The notes under the pieces are model-generated. The model was not told where the DNA came from and ran no database searches. It was given only the letters and a program-made list of their open reading frames with translations. A program made the position numbers and the translations under genes. From positions 1 through 28,311 of the forward strand of contig JBDNHG010000203.1 in the NCBI GenBank assembly GCA_041688925.1: a DNA stretch of 28,311 nucleotides. Direction: 5' to 3'. The DNA is from Acidimicrobiales bacterium. Its GTDB lineage: Bacteria > Actinomycetota > Acidimicrobiia > Acidimicrobiales > UBA10347. Within the stretch, counting starts at the first letter, position 1. Each line of letters opens with the position of its first letter. Shown here piece by piece: positions 1 through 8,344 of this stretch.

Positions 1-85
1 CGTCGCCGCCATCAGCATGAGCATGTGCTTCGCTGCCCTGCGTGGTCGAGTGAACCAGAACTGACGCAAGGGCCCAGTGGCGCTG

Positions 86-601
86 TCACAGCACGAGATA
101 CTGGCGCCCGTCGATGAGTTCGCGAGCAGCATCGAGTTGGCCTGCGTGGGTCGCGGTTTCGACGATCATGTGAACGATCACGGCGCGCAGGTCGGGAAAG
201 CTGAGTCCCGCCTCGGCCCACCACGGTTCAGGCCGTTCGGGCGCCGAACTCAGTTCACGCTCGGCGATGATTTCGTCGGATCGAGCGATGGCTGTTCGAT
301 AGGCCTCGATCACCGCTTCGGGCGACTCGTCGTCGCGTACGTGTCAATCTGCGTTCTCGCCGTCTGGCCAAAAATCTAGGTCGCTACCCGCTATCACGAC
401 CTCGAACCAGTAGCGCTCGTCTGACAGGGTCAGGTGCCTGACCAGTCCCCGGCAACTCCAGCCTGACGGAAGAACCGAACGTCGCAGTTGGTCTTCGCTC
501 AGCCCATCGATCTGATTGAGTACGTGCCGACGCTGGCCGGCGAGCCGCCCCACCAGCAGCGCACGGTCGGGCTCGTCGTCAAAAGTATGGGAATCAGTCA
601 T
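86..601 (-). pseudogene. DinB/DUF664 family protein interrupted by one in-frame TGA (344-346)
   Basis: ORFs 344..601 and 86..313 are in the same frame; reading through gives ...WPDGENAD*HVRDDESPEAVIEAYR... DinB-like motifs GLVRHL and HMIVETATHAGQLD are present. Confidence 0.75.
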
Positions 602-628
602 CGCCCGATTCTGCCACCGGACCTATGC

Positions 629-1510
629 CTACGGCTGGAGTTCCTGCAACCCGTCGTTGCGCATCGTCAGCTCGCCGCAGGTGACGTCGTGTAACAGGGC
701 GATGCCGACATCATCGTCTGGCCGGTTGAAGGTTCCCGTTGAGGTAGCCCCGTTTCGTGCTCGAGTTCCCTCGAGCTCGACAATGGTGCGACTCCATTCG
801 ACCGCGTCAGCAGTGTCGTCGGTGACATCGAGGCCAACGAGTTGTCGGCCGCCGTCGATCTCGACACAGCCGACCCCGGTTCCGATGTCCGCGAAACCAA
901 GCGAGAAGGTGTACGTCTCGCCTTGGATGTTCTCGATGTCGACGATGGCACAGTCAACGAACGCCCACAACTCAACGGAACGTCCGTCGTCGGCCAAGAT
1001 GTCGACCGGCGAGCGCTGGTCGACATCGACGACGAGAATCGACCGCGGCACCGGGCTGACAGATTCGAATATCCGCTCGACGCCGCCGCCAGCTGCGGTG
1101 ACGATGCCCACCCGTGTCTCGCCGTTCGGGTCGGTCATGATCCACACCGCGTCGGCGCGTCCGTCGCCGTCGACGTCGACGACCTCACTTTGGGCCGCCC
1201 CGTCAGGAACGCCGGTTGATCCACCGGTGCACGCAGGCGGCGGTTCCTGACTCGTTGGTTGCACGCTCGGAGCGACGGCCGTTGGTTGCTCTGCTGAGCC
1301 CACGGCCGTTGGAGCCGCGCTCGTCGGTTGCTCTGTCGAGGCCGCACTCGTTGGAGCCACGAGGGTTGGCTGCTGTGTCGAGGCCGTGCTCGTTGGAGCC
1401 ACGGTCGTTGGTTCTGCGGCAGATTCGTTGTCGGTGCCACTGCTGCAGCCACCAACAACCAATGCGATCGCCAACACCGTGAAGAGTGGGCCCAGATTCT
1501 TCTGTTTCAT
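629..1510 (-). CDS. Secreted lipoprotein with Ala/Pro/Thr-rich repeat linker and a DxDGDG (possible Ca-binding) motif
   Basis: Signal peptide MKQKNLGPLFTVLAIALVVGG-C with lipobox Cys; low-complexity linker; DVDGDGRAD in the C-terminal domain. Confidence 0.8.
   Translation of the reverse strand: MKQKNLGPLFTVLAIALVVGGCSSGTDNESAAEPTTVAPTSTASTQQPTLVAPTSAASTEQPTSAAPTAVGSAEQPTAVAPSVQPTSQEPPPACTGGSTGVPDGAAQSEVVDVDGDGRADAVWIMTDPNGETRVGIVTAAGGGVERIFESVSPVPRSILVVDVDQRSPVDILADDGRSVELWAFVDCAIVDIENIQGETYTFSLGFADIGTGVGCVEIDGGRQLVGLDVTDDTADAVEWSRTIVELEGTRARNGATSTGTFNRPDDDVGIALLHDVTCGELTMRNDGLQELQP
1266..1414 (-). repeat. Degenerate 42-bp (14-aa) tandem repeat, about 3.5 copies, in the lipoprotein linker
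   Basis: GGAGC recurs at 1269, 1311, 1353 and 1395; protein reads APTSTASTQQPTLV/APTSAASTEQPTSA/APTAVGSAEQPTAV. Confidence 0.85.
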
Positions 1511-1531
1511 CTCGTAACGCTATCTACGCAG

Positions 1532-1563
1532 TCGGAGCGCTTCTGATTCGGAGCGCTTCTGAT
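1532..1563. repeat. Exact 16-bp tandem duplication (TCGGAGCGCTTCTGAT x2) in an intergenic gap
   Basis: Read directly at 1532-1547 and 1548-1563. Confidence 0.9.
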
Positions 1564-2679
1564 TCATTGAACTTGCAGGAAGTCGTCGACCGCGGCGGTG
1601 ATGCGTGCCACCTCGTTTGGGTCGCCCTCGATGGCTGATTCGAGCAGCGGGAGAACCCGGAGGTCGATTTCGATGAGCGAGGCGTGCACATCGGCGCATA
1701 GTTCGTCGACCAGGCGCGGTGACACGGCGGTCTCGGCGAGGTCCAGGCGCTTGAGCAGCCGCGACGCGCGCTGTTCATGGTGTTCGGGATACCAGACCAC
1801 ATCGTCGCCGATACCGGGTTCGAACCTCGATACCAGCGGATAGATGATGTGCTCGACCGCTCGGCGATGGTGCTCGACATCGTCACGCAATCGGTGAATC
1901 TCTTCGCCGCGTTCGCCGACCGTTGCCGAGCGCAGCGTGCCGAGTCGCTGTTCGATTCGACGATGCGCCGCGTGCAGGATCGAGAACACTTCATCGCCGC
2001 CCGGAGCGCGCCCGAAGTCGGTACCGGGGAGATTGGATTCCGCGGTATGGGGCGGGTTGATCGTGACGGGTTGCCCGGCGAGATGTTGTGCAGGCCAAGA
2101 GAAGGAGTCACGCGCCTCAGACGCGTAGGTCCAGTCCGGCTGCTTCTCGAGAAACGCGAGGTCGTAGACGGCCCGGTCGTTCTCGATGTCGACGAGAGGC
2201 ACGATTGGATATCGCTTGACCACTTCGTCCGCGGCGGCAGGGCGAGACAGGGCAATGAGTGCGCCGACGACGCGCTCAGTCTGGCCGGCGAGTGCACAGC
2301 GAGCTCCGCGGGCAACGGTCGAAAGACGGCCATCGAGACCGGTCATGTCGCCGTCGCTGAGACCGTCGGCAATGGCGAGGCCATCTCGTTTACATGGCTC
2401 GCATTGGCCGCAAGACTCGACGGCCAAAAATCGTGCAACACCAGCGGCGACACCCAGCATCGACTCGTCGTCGGCGATCACGATGAAGCTCGCAGAGCCC
2501 AGACCCGAACCGGTCTTCGCCATGTCTTCATACGTGAGCGGCGTATCGAGCTGGTCGGGACCCAACGGCGGATTGGACACGCCCGACAACACGACCCCAA
2601 TCGTTCGGTCATCGCTCAAGCCGTGGCCAAGGGTGTCGAGAACCTGGCGCAAGGGCGTGCCCATGGCGAACTCGCCACG
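1564..2679 (-). pseudogene. 5'-truncated NuoF-like protein (SLBB + 4Fe-4S region) fused to a C-terminal hemerythrin/HHE-like domain
   Basis: GEFAMGTPLR, GSGLGSASFIV and ESCGQCEPCK...RGARCAL are NuoF C-terminal motifs. Then HRRIE...HHRRAVEHIIYP...EHHE...H. The flavin/NADH-binding N-terminus is absent, with an in-frame stop at 2680-2682. Confidence 0.7.
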
Positions 2680-2982
2680 TCAGGTCATCTTGCGTGAGCG
2701 TTCGGGAGGCGACGTGTTTGGCGATTGAGTTCATTCGATCAGCAAACGGGTCGCCGGCACGGCCGGGCCACGCCGCCGCCATGGTCTGCCAGGTACGCCG
2801 GCCGAACAGCAGCGCGTTCGTAGTCTCCATCGCGCTGTTCATCGCAGGGCCCATGGTTTCGGGATCGAAGAACGGCATCGACCAACCACCATTGGCAAAG
2901 CCGTTTTCGGTGTCTTCCTCTGCCCCGCCGGGGCCTGCACAACGCCGTCGAGGCTGATGAATTCGCTAATGACAAGTCTCAT
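2675..2982 (-). pseudogene. Dihydrofolate reductase/RibD-C family protein, frameshifted and 3'-truncated
   Basis: MRLVISEFISLDGVVQAP, a -1 shift near 2925-2932, then GGAEEDTENGFANGGWSMPFFD...LLFGRRTWQTMAAAWP...KHVASRTLTQDDLTW, where similarity stops. ATG overlaps the VOC stop (ATGA). Confidence 0.8.
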
Positions 2983-3410
2983 GCCGGTTGCCCTTCGCTC
3001 GCCGCTGCACGGCTCGAGATCTGTTGGATGGCCCAACCGTTGCCATCGGGATCGGCAAAGAAGACGAAGCCGACATTGTCGAGAGGGTGCGGCATTGGAA
3101 TTGGGCTCTCGCCAAGCACCTGGATGCCGCTGTTCTCGACGCCACGTTCGACAAGCATCTGATGTGCTCGCTCGAGATCGGGCACAACGAGCTGCAAGCC
3201 CTTGGCCGCGCCAGCTGGCATGTCGGGCACAACGCCCGCCCCGATAACGATCGAACAGCCCGATCCCGGCGGCGTGAGCTGGATCACTCGGTTGTTCTCG
3301 TCGATCACCGTGTCGTGGTCGACGGCGAAACCGAGTTGTTCGCTATAGAACGCCTTGGCTTGGTCAAGGTCAGAAACCGGGACCACGATCACCTCGAGCG
3401 TCCACGTCAT
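2979..3410 (-). CDS. VOC family (glyoxalase/bleomycin resistance) protein
   Basis: VPVSDLDQAKAFYSEQLGF, IQLTPPGSGCSI, FFADPDGNGWAIQQ. Start placed at MTWTLE; 3431 is an alternative. Confidence 0.9.
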   Translation of the reverse strand: MTWTLEVIVVPVSDLDQAKAFYSEQLGFAVDHDTVIDENNRVIQLTPPGSGCSIVIGAGVVPDMPAGAAKGLQLVVPDLERAHQMLVERGVENSGIQVLGESPIPMPHPLDNVGFVFFADPDGNGWAIQQISSRAAASEGQPA

Positions 3411-3439
3411 TGGTGCTTCTTCATTGTGCATGCAAGAAA

Positions 3440-3459
3440 CATACCGACCAGTTGGTATG
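3440..3459. promoter_or_regulatory. Palindromic operator (CATACC-gaccagtt-GGTATG) between the divergent VOC and TetR genes
   Basis: Perfect 6-bp inverted arms in the 69-bp divergent gap; resembles NemR-type TetR operators. Confidence 0.65.
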
Positions 3460-3479
3460 GTCGCAAGCCGAGGACAAGT

Positions 3480-4088
3480 ATGTTGAAAACGCGGGCCGAA
3501 CGAGGCACAGCCAGAATCCGATTACTCGATGCAGCCGTCGATGTGATCCGCACTCAGGGCTACAACGCGACCACCGTCGACGACCTGTGCGCCGCCGCCG
3601 GAGTAACCAAAGGAGCGTTCTTCCACCACTTCCACTCGAAGACCGCACTCGCGGTCGCCGCCGCAGATCACTGGTCGACGACGACCGGCGAACTCTTTTC
3701 GTCTGCCGACTATCACGAGCGCTCCACCCCGACCGAACGAGTCTTGGGATACCTCGACTTCCGACGCAACCTCATCGGCGACGACCCAGCCAAGTTCTCG
3801 TGCCTGGTCGGCACGATGACCCAAGAGACGTTCGCCACCTACCCCGACATACGCGATGCGTGTGGCCAGAGCATTCTTGCTCATGCCCAACGCCTCGAAG
3901 CCGACATCGACGCTGCGCTCACCGCCGATGCCAAAGCAGACGGCATCACCGCTGCGAGCCTGGCAATCCACATGCAGGTCGTGATCCAAGGTGCCTTCAT
4001 CCTCAGCAAGGCCGCCGATGACCCGAGCCTGGCAGTCGACAGCATCGACCACCTGCGCCGCTACGTCACCACGCTGCTCGATACCTGA
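3480..4088 (+). CDS. TetR/AcrR family transcriptional regulator (NemR-like)
   Basis: HTH LLDAAVDVIRTQGYNATTVDDLCAAAGVTKGAFFHHFHSK; C-terminal SCLVGTMTQE. Confidence 0.92.
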   Translation: MLKTRAERGTARIRLLDAAVDVIRTQGYNATTVDDLCAAAGVTKGAFFHHFHSKTALAVAAADHWSTTTGELFSSADYHERSTPTERVLGYLDFRRNLIGDDPAKFSCLVGTMTQETFATYPDIRDACGQSILAHAQRLEADIDAALTADAKADGITAASLAIHMQVVIQGAFILSKAADDPSLAVDSIDHLRRYVTTLLDT

Positions 4089-4129
4089 TCCGCGATCCCG
4101 GCGAACACCAAGACGTCGGCAGCGGCCTG

Positions 4130-4496
4130 CCCAGGCCCTTGTCGCCGTTGCCGGTTACCGGCGTGCGACCGAGCAGTGGTGGGCCGATGGATGGGACCTC
4201 CTCGTCACCCCGACGCTGGCCGAGCCACCCCTGCGAATCGGCGAGCTCACCGAAGCCGGCGACGATCCAATGGCCGCCATGGTGCGAGCCGGCGAGTGGG
4301 TGGCCTACACCGCCCAGTTCAACGCCACCGGCCAACCCGCTATCAGCCTGCCGCTGCATTGGAATGCCGACGGCCTGCCGATCGGCGTGCAACTCGTCGC
4401 GTCATACGGACGAGAAGATCTCTTGCTGCAAGTGGCCAACCAACTCGAATCGGCACTGCCCTGGGCGAATCGCCGACCCCCCTATTCGGCGGCTAG
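4130..4496 (+). pseudogene. C-terminal fragment of an amidase-signature family enzyme
   Basis: WDLLVTPTLAEPP...YTAQFNATGQPAISLPLHWNADGLPIGVQLVASYGREDLLLQVANQLE; no start codon and no catalytic N-terminal part. Left boundary approximate. Confidence 0.8.
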
Positions 4497-4849
4497 CCCA
4501 GCGCCTGTTCGAGCATCTCGCCGAGCTCGTCTGGGACGGGCGCTGTTTCGGTCAGCGCCATGGTGGTGCGGCCGGTGTTGCCGATCGGATAGCGGCCGGT
4601 GAGTGAGCCGGGCGCGGCGACGATGATCCGCACGAACTGCCCCAGCGTTTCCTGCGGGTCACGTTGGCGGATCGCGGTGGCGAACATGGCGGCGTGCACG
4701 CGCGTGTGCGGCCATGCCCATGGCTGAGACAGGATGTGGGCTCGTTCGAGAGGAGCCCACGGTTCAGCGGCGGTGCGCGCTGCATCGAGTTCGGCGGCGA
4801 TGAGCTCGCTGATGGCTGGCGGGGCCAACCAGCGGTAGCGGTTAGGCAT
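4493..4849 (-). CDS. DUF3703 domain protein
   Basis: LERAHILSQPWAWPHTRVHAAM...RIIVAAPGSLTGRYPIGNTG; start overlaps the ATPase stop. Confidence 0.85.
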   Translation of the reverse strand: MPNRYRWLAPPAISELIAAELDAARTAAEPWAPLERAHILSQPWAWPHTRVHAAMFATAIRQRDPQETLGQFVRIIVAAPGSLTGRYPIGNTGRTTMALTETAPVPDELGEMLEQALG

Positions 4850-6794
4850 GGACGACTGGCCGGGCGACCGCAGCAGCAACGGGCGCTTCGTGCGTGTGGC
4901 TGATGGCGATGCCGTTGCGGGCCCGCAGGGCGTTGAGGATCACTGCGATCTCGGCGACTTCGTGAATGGCGACCACTGCGCCAAGCCCGAGCAGGCCGCT
5001 CGCAGCGATTGGGATGAGTGCAGCGATGATGAGCCCCGACAGAACAAGGTTCTGGATCATGATCGTGCGAGTACGCCGAGCGTGCCCTATCAGGTCAGGC
5101 AGATGAGTGAGACTGTCACCCATGATGGCGATGTCGGCAGCTTCGAGAGCGACATCGGTGCCACCAACACCCATTGCGATGCCCACATTCGCGGTGGCGA
5201 GCGCGGGCGCATCGTTGATGCCGTCGCCGACCATGGCGACCGGGCCTTGTGCTTGGAGTTCTTCGACAGCAGCGGTCTTGTCGGCAGGAAGCAGCCCACC
5301 GCGGATGTCGTCGATCCCGGCGGCGTGACCAATGGCCGTGGCGGTTGCTCTGTTGTCACCGCTGAGCATCACCACCCGCATCTGGTATCGAGCCTGTAGC
5401 GCTGCAACGACTTCTGCAGCTTCGGGGCGCAGCTCATCACGGATGGCGATCGCTCCGATGGTGGTGCCGGCATGTTCGACGAGAACCACGGTGGCGCCTT
5501 CGGCTTGCAGACGTTCGACCTCGTCGCCAAGTTGTGCCGCATCGACAAAGCCGGGTTTGCCGACCCGCACGAATGCCCGATCGACGTTGCCCGTAATCCC
5601 ATGCCCGGCGACGGTCTGTACATCGTCGGCTTCGGCCAGCGACCCGTCGGTGGCTGCGACGATCGCGGCTGCGAGAGGATGATCGCTGTTCGCTTCCAAC
5701 GCTGCCGCCAGCGCACGCACTTCGCTCGCAGTACGGCCGGGGATGGCGAGCGTGTCGATCACGGTTGGCTGGTTGCGAGTAAGTGTGCCGGTCTTGTCGA
5801 GCGCCAGTGTTGTCACGGTGGCGAGCGCTTCGAGAGCGGCGCCACCCTTGACCACCAAGCCGACCCGAGTAGCGGCACCGATCGCGGCGAAGACCGTGAC
5901 CGGAACTGCAATCGCGAACGCGCACGGCGACGCTGCTACAAGCACTACCAACGCACGCTGGAACCACAGCTCAGGGTCGCCAGCCAGGCCACCAATCACG
6001 GCGATGAGCGCAGCGACAATCAGGATGCCGGGCACGAGCGGCCGGGCGATCCGGTCGGCGAGACGCTGCGATTTTCCTTTGCGGTCTTGGGCTTCTTCGA
6101 CTGCTCGGACGATGCGAGCCAAGGTGCTGTCTGACGCCGGAGCGGTGACCTCGACATCGAGCAAGCCACCTCCGTTCACGCTGCCCGCCAGCACGACATC
6201 ACCGGCGTCGACCTCGACCGGAATCGACTCGCCGGTTACTGCCGACACGTCGAGCGTCGAGTAGCCAGAGCGGATCACTCCATCGGTGGCGACGCGTTCG
6301 CCGGCGCGCACCACCAGCACTTCGCCAACGGTTACGTCGCCGGTCGCCACCTCGATCTGCTCGCCGCTACGTCGAACCGTCGCACTATCTGGCACGAGTT
6401 GCAGTACTGCACGGAGCCCGCGCCGAGACTTGGTGACCGCCCATTCTTCGAGCGCTTCAGACACCGAGAACAGGAAGGCCAGCGCTGCGGCCTCGCCCAG
6501 CTGGCCGAGCAAGATCGCTCCCACGCCGGCGATCGTCATCAACAACGCCACGCCGAGTCGGCCTCGCCGCAAGCCGGTGACTGCGCCCGGCACAAACGTT
6601 GCCCCGCCCACGAGTACAGCGACGAGGAACCCGACATCGGCCACGAGGGTCGCATTGGCGAATCCGGCAATGATCCCGAACGTCCATGCCACCGCTGATA
6701 CGGCCGCCGCTATCGCTTTCCACTGGTCTTTCAGGCCGACATCTTCGACATCCTTGAGCTCGGCGAGGTCGCCGCCGCAGCACGCGCTGCTCAT
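4842..6794 (-). CDS. Heavy-metal P1B-type ATPase (CtpG/CadA-like, SPC motif)
   Basis: TGES, AASPCA, DKTGTLT, HP, GDGINDAPAL and HEVAE motifs; N-terminal CC; start MSSACC overlaps the ArsR stop (ATGA). Confidence 0.95.
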   Translation of the reverse strand: MSSACCGGDLAELKDVEDVGLKDQWKAIAAAVSAVAWTFGIIAGFANATLVADVGFLVAVLVGGATFVPGAVTGLRRGRLGVALLMTIAGVGAILLGQLGEAAALAFLFSVSEALEEWAVTKSRRGLRAVLQLVPDSATVRRSGEQIEVATGDVTVGEVLVVRAGERVATDGVIRSGYSTLDVSAVTGESIPVEVDAGDVVLAGSVNGGGLLDVEVTAPASDSTLARIVRAVEEAQDRKGKSQRLADRIARPLVPGILIVAALIAVIGGLAGDPELWFQRALVVLVAASPCAFAIAVPVTVFAAIGAATRVGLVVKGGAALEALATVTTLALDKTGTLTRNQPTVIDTLAIPGRTASEVRALAAALEANSDHPLAAAIVAATDGSLAEADDVQTVAGHGITGNVDRAFVRVGKPGFVDAAQLGDEVERLQAEGATVVLVEHAGTTIGAIAIRDELRPEAAEVVAALQARYQMRVVMLSGDNRATATAIGHAAGIDDIRGGLLPADKTAAVEELQAQGPVAMVGDGINDAPALATANVGIAMGVGGTDVALEAADIAIMGDSLTHLPDLIGHARRTRTIMIQNLVLSGLIIAALIPIAASGLLGLGAVVAIHEVAEIAVILNALRARNGIAISHTHEAPVAAAVARPVVHA

Positions 6795-7159
6795 GAGCAA
6801 CCCGCTGGAGCATCGCAATCCATGAACGGACTGTCACACAGCTGGACGTTGTGGCCGGTCTCGACAAGCAGACGCTGCGAGGCGACCAGGAGATCACGAA
6901 CCTCGGGCCGGGCGATCGAATAGAACACCTGGCGGCGATCACCGGGGCGATCGGCTACCAGGCCACACTCTCGCAAACACGCCAGATGATTTGAGACGTT
7001 CGACTGCGACGAACCAACGGTTGCGAGGATGTCGGTCACCCGCAGCTCGCCATCGAGTAACGCCAGCAAGATTGCCAATCGAGTCGGGTCACTCAACCCG
7101 TGGAACAAGCGAGCAGCAATGCCCACATCTATTCGGTCCTTTGAAGCAGTCAAATTCAC
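6791..7159 (-). CDS. cmtR: ArsR/SmtB family metal-sensing repressor, CmtR-like
   Basis: LSDPTRLAIL...SNVSNHLACLRECGLV with a CxxxC pair plus C-terminal Cys residues; directly upstream of the P1B ATPase. Confidence 0.85.
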   Translation of the reverse strand: MNLTASKDRIDVGIAARLFHGLSDPTRLAILLALLDGELRVTDILATVGSSQSNVSNHLACLRECGLVADRPGDRRQVFYSIARPEVRDLLVASQRLLVETGHNVQLCDSPFMDCDAPAGCS

Positions 7160-7168
7160 AGAGAGATA

Positions 7169-7207
7169 GTATCAGTAAGTGCTGATGACATCATCCAGGT
7201 CTGATAC
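7169..7207. promoter_or_regulatory. Tandem inverted repeats (ATCA-N8-TGAT x2), putative ArsR operator
   Basis: ATCAgtaagtgcTGAT (7171-7186) and ATCAtccaggtcTGAT (7190-7205), bracketed by GTATCAG...CTGATAC, 10 bp upstream of the repressor start. Confidence 0.6.
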
Positions 7208-7272
7208 AGCATTGTTTGATCGCCTGGCGTTGTGGGTAATGCTTCAGAACCATCCAGATGAGGAGAGCGTCA

Positions 7273-7817
7273 ATGAGACGATTTACCCGTGTGGGCTCAC
7301 CAACACTGTTGGCGCTGGCGCTCTGCTTGTTCCTCTTGCCTTTTCTTTCCGTGTCATGCGACGCCCCGGCGGGTTTGGTCGCATGAATTCAGGCGGAACC
7401 ACTTCGTACACCGGGCTTGATCTCGCCACCGGCTCGTCGGCATCGATCGATGCCGACCACCTCCGACCCGAGGCCGACCAACAAGACGATGGCCTCGGCG
7501 TTCAGCCGCTCATCACCATTGCTGGAATCGGCATCATCGGCGCCCTGGCCGTGTCGCTGACCAAGCGCCGCAGCGGGCTGATTGTCGCTGCAGCCGCCGC
7601 CTTTTCTGCGGTGCTGCTCCTGGTGGGCGAACTACTCATGCGCTCACGACTCGTCGACAAGGTCGCCGAGCTGACAACGGAACAGTTTGCGGCAGGCAAG
7701 TCTGCGGGCGACTTTGTGGCGATCGGCCCAGGGTTCTGGCTGGCGTGGCTGGCCACGATTCTCGGTGCCGTCCTGGCCTTCGTCGGCACACGGCTCGACC
7801 CATCGTCATCAGGCTGA
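7273..7817 (+). pseudogene. Membrane protein with one -1 frameshift near 7365 (possibly a sequencing error)
   Basis: GAGGAG RBS then MRRFTRVGSPTLLALALCLFLLPFLSVSCDAP, shifting into GGFGRMNSGGTTSYTGLDLATG...; several hydrophobic helices follow. Confidence 0.65.
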
Positions 7818-7837
7818 CCCGTATGCGGCCTGACCAC

Positions 7838-8263
7838 CTACCCGTGCTGTAGCTCTTCGAAGCGTCGGCGGGCTCGTCGGACATCGGGAAGGTGCTGTTC
7901 GGACCAGTCTCGGATCGCCTCGAGCGGCTTGGTGACGCTGTGGCCGAGATCGGTCAGTGAGTATTCGACTTGTGGCGGACGCATCTGGACGTGCACTTCG
8001 CGGTGCACCAGGCCATCTTGTTCGAGACGCCGCAGTGTTTGTGTCAGCATCTTTTGGGTGATGCCGGGCACCGCACGTTTCAGCTGCCCGAAGCGGTGGG
8101 GGTTCTCTTGCAGCCTGCCGATGATGAGCGTCGACCATTTCGAGGCAACCAGGTCGAGAATGTCTCGACAGGGGCATTCGGTCGAATAGAGGTCACCCAG
8201 GTGATTCTCGTCTTCACATGAGCTCGGGGTTGCGGTGGTTTCCATAAGGTACCTACCAGTCAT
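7838..8263 (-). CDS. HxlR family winged-helix transcriptional regulator
   Basis: CPCRDILDLVASKWSTLII...RFGQLKRAVPGITQKMLTQTLRRLEQDGLVHR...VEYSLT. Start is 8263 or 8245. Confidence 0.92.
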   Translation of the reverse strand: MTGRYLMETTATPSSCEDENHLGDLYSTECPCRDILDLVASKWSTLIIGRLQENPHRFGQLKRAVPGITQKMLTQTLRRLEQDGLVHREVHVQMRPPQVEYSLTDLGHSVTKPLEAIRDWSEQHLPDVRRARRRFEELQHG

Positions 8264-8290
8264 CAAAGTACCTTCTTGCGTTCGGGTACC
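8248..8290. promoter_or_regulatory. Three GGTACC/AGTACC boxes, possible HxlR operator
   Basis: Boxes at 8248, 8267 and 8285 in the divergent hxlR/oxidoreductase promoter region. Confidence 0.35.
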
Positions 8291-8344
8291 ACGTGGATCA
8301 TGATGCATCCGTCAACCGAACGCAACCCCCGAAAGATCGCATCC

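Noticed and set aside
1-64. Possible 3' end of a plus-strand gene (VAAISMSMCFAALRGRVNQN*)
   Set aside because: Too short to identify or support.
344-346. Genetic-code reassignment or selenocysteine at the DinB TGA
   Set aside because: Many intact genes in the window end in TGA and use TGG for Trp; the site is not a Cys position and I see no SECIS-like evidence.
1564-2664. A respiratory complex I (nuo) operon
   Set aside because: Only a partial NuoF-like domain is present; no other nuo subunits are in the window.
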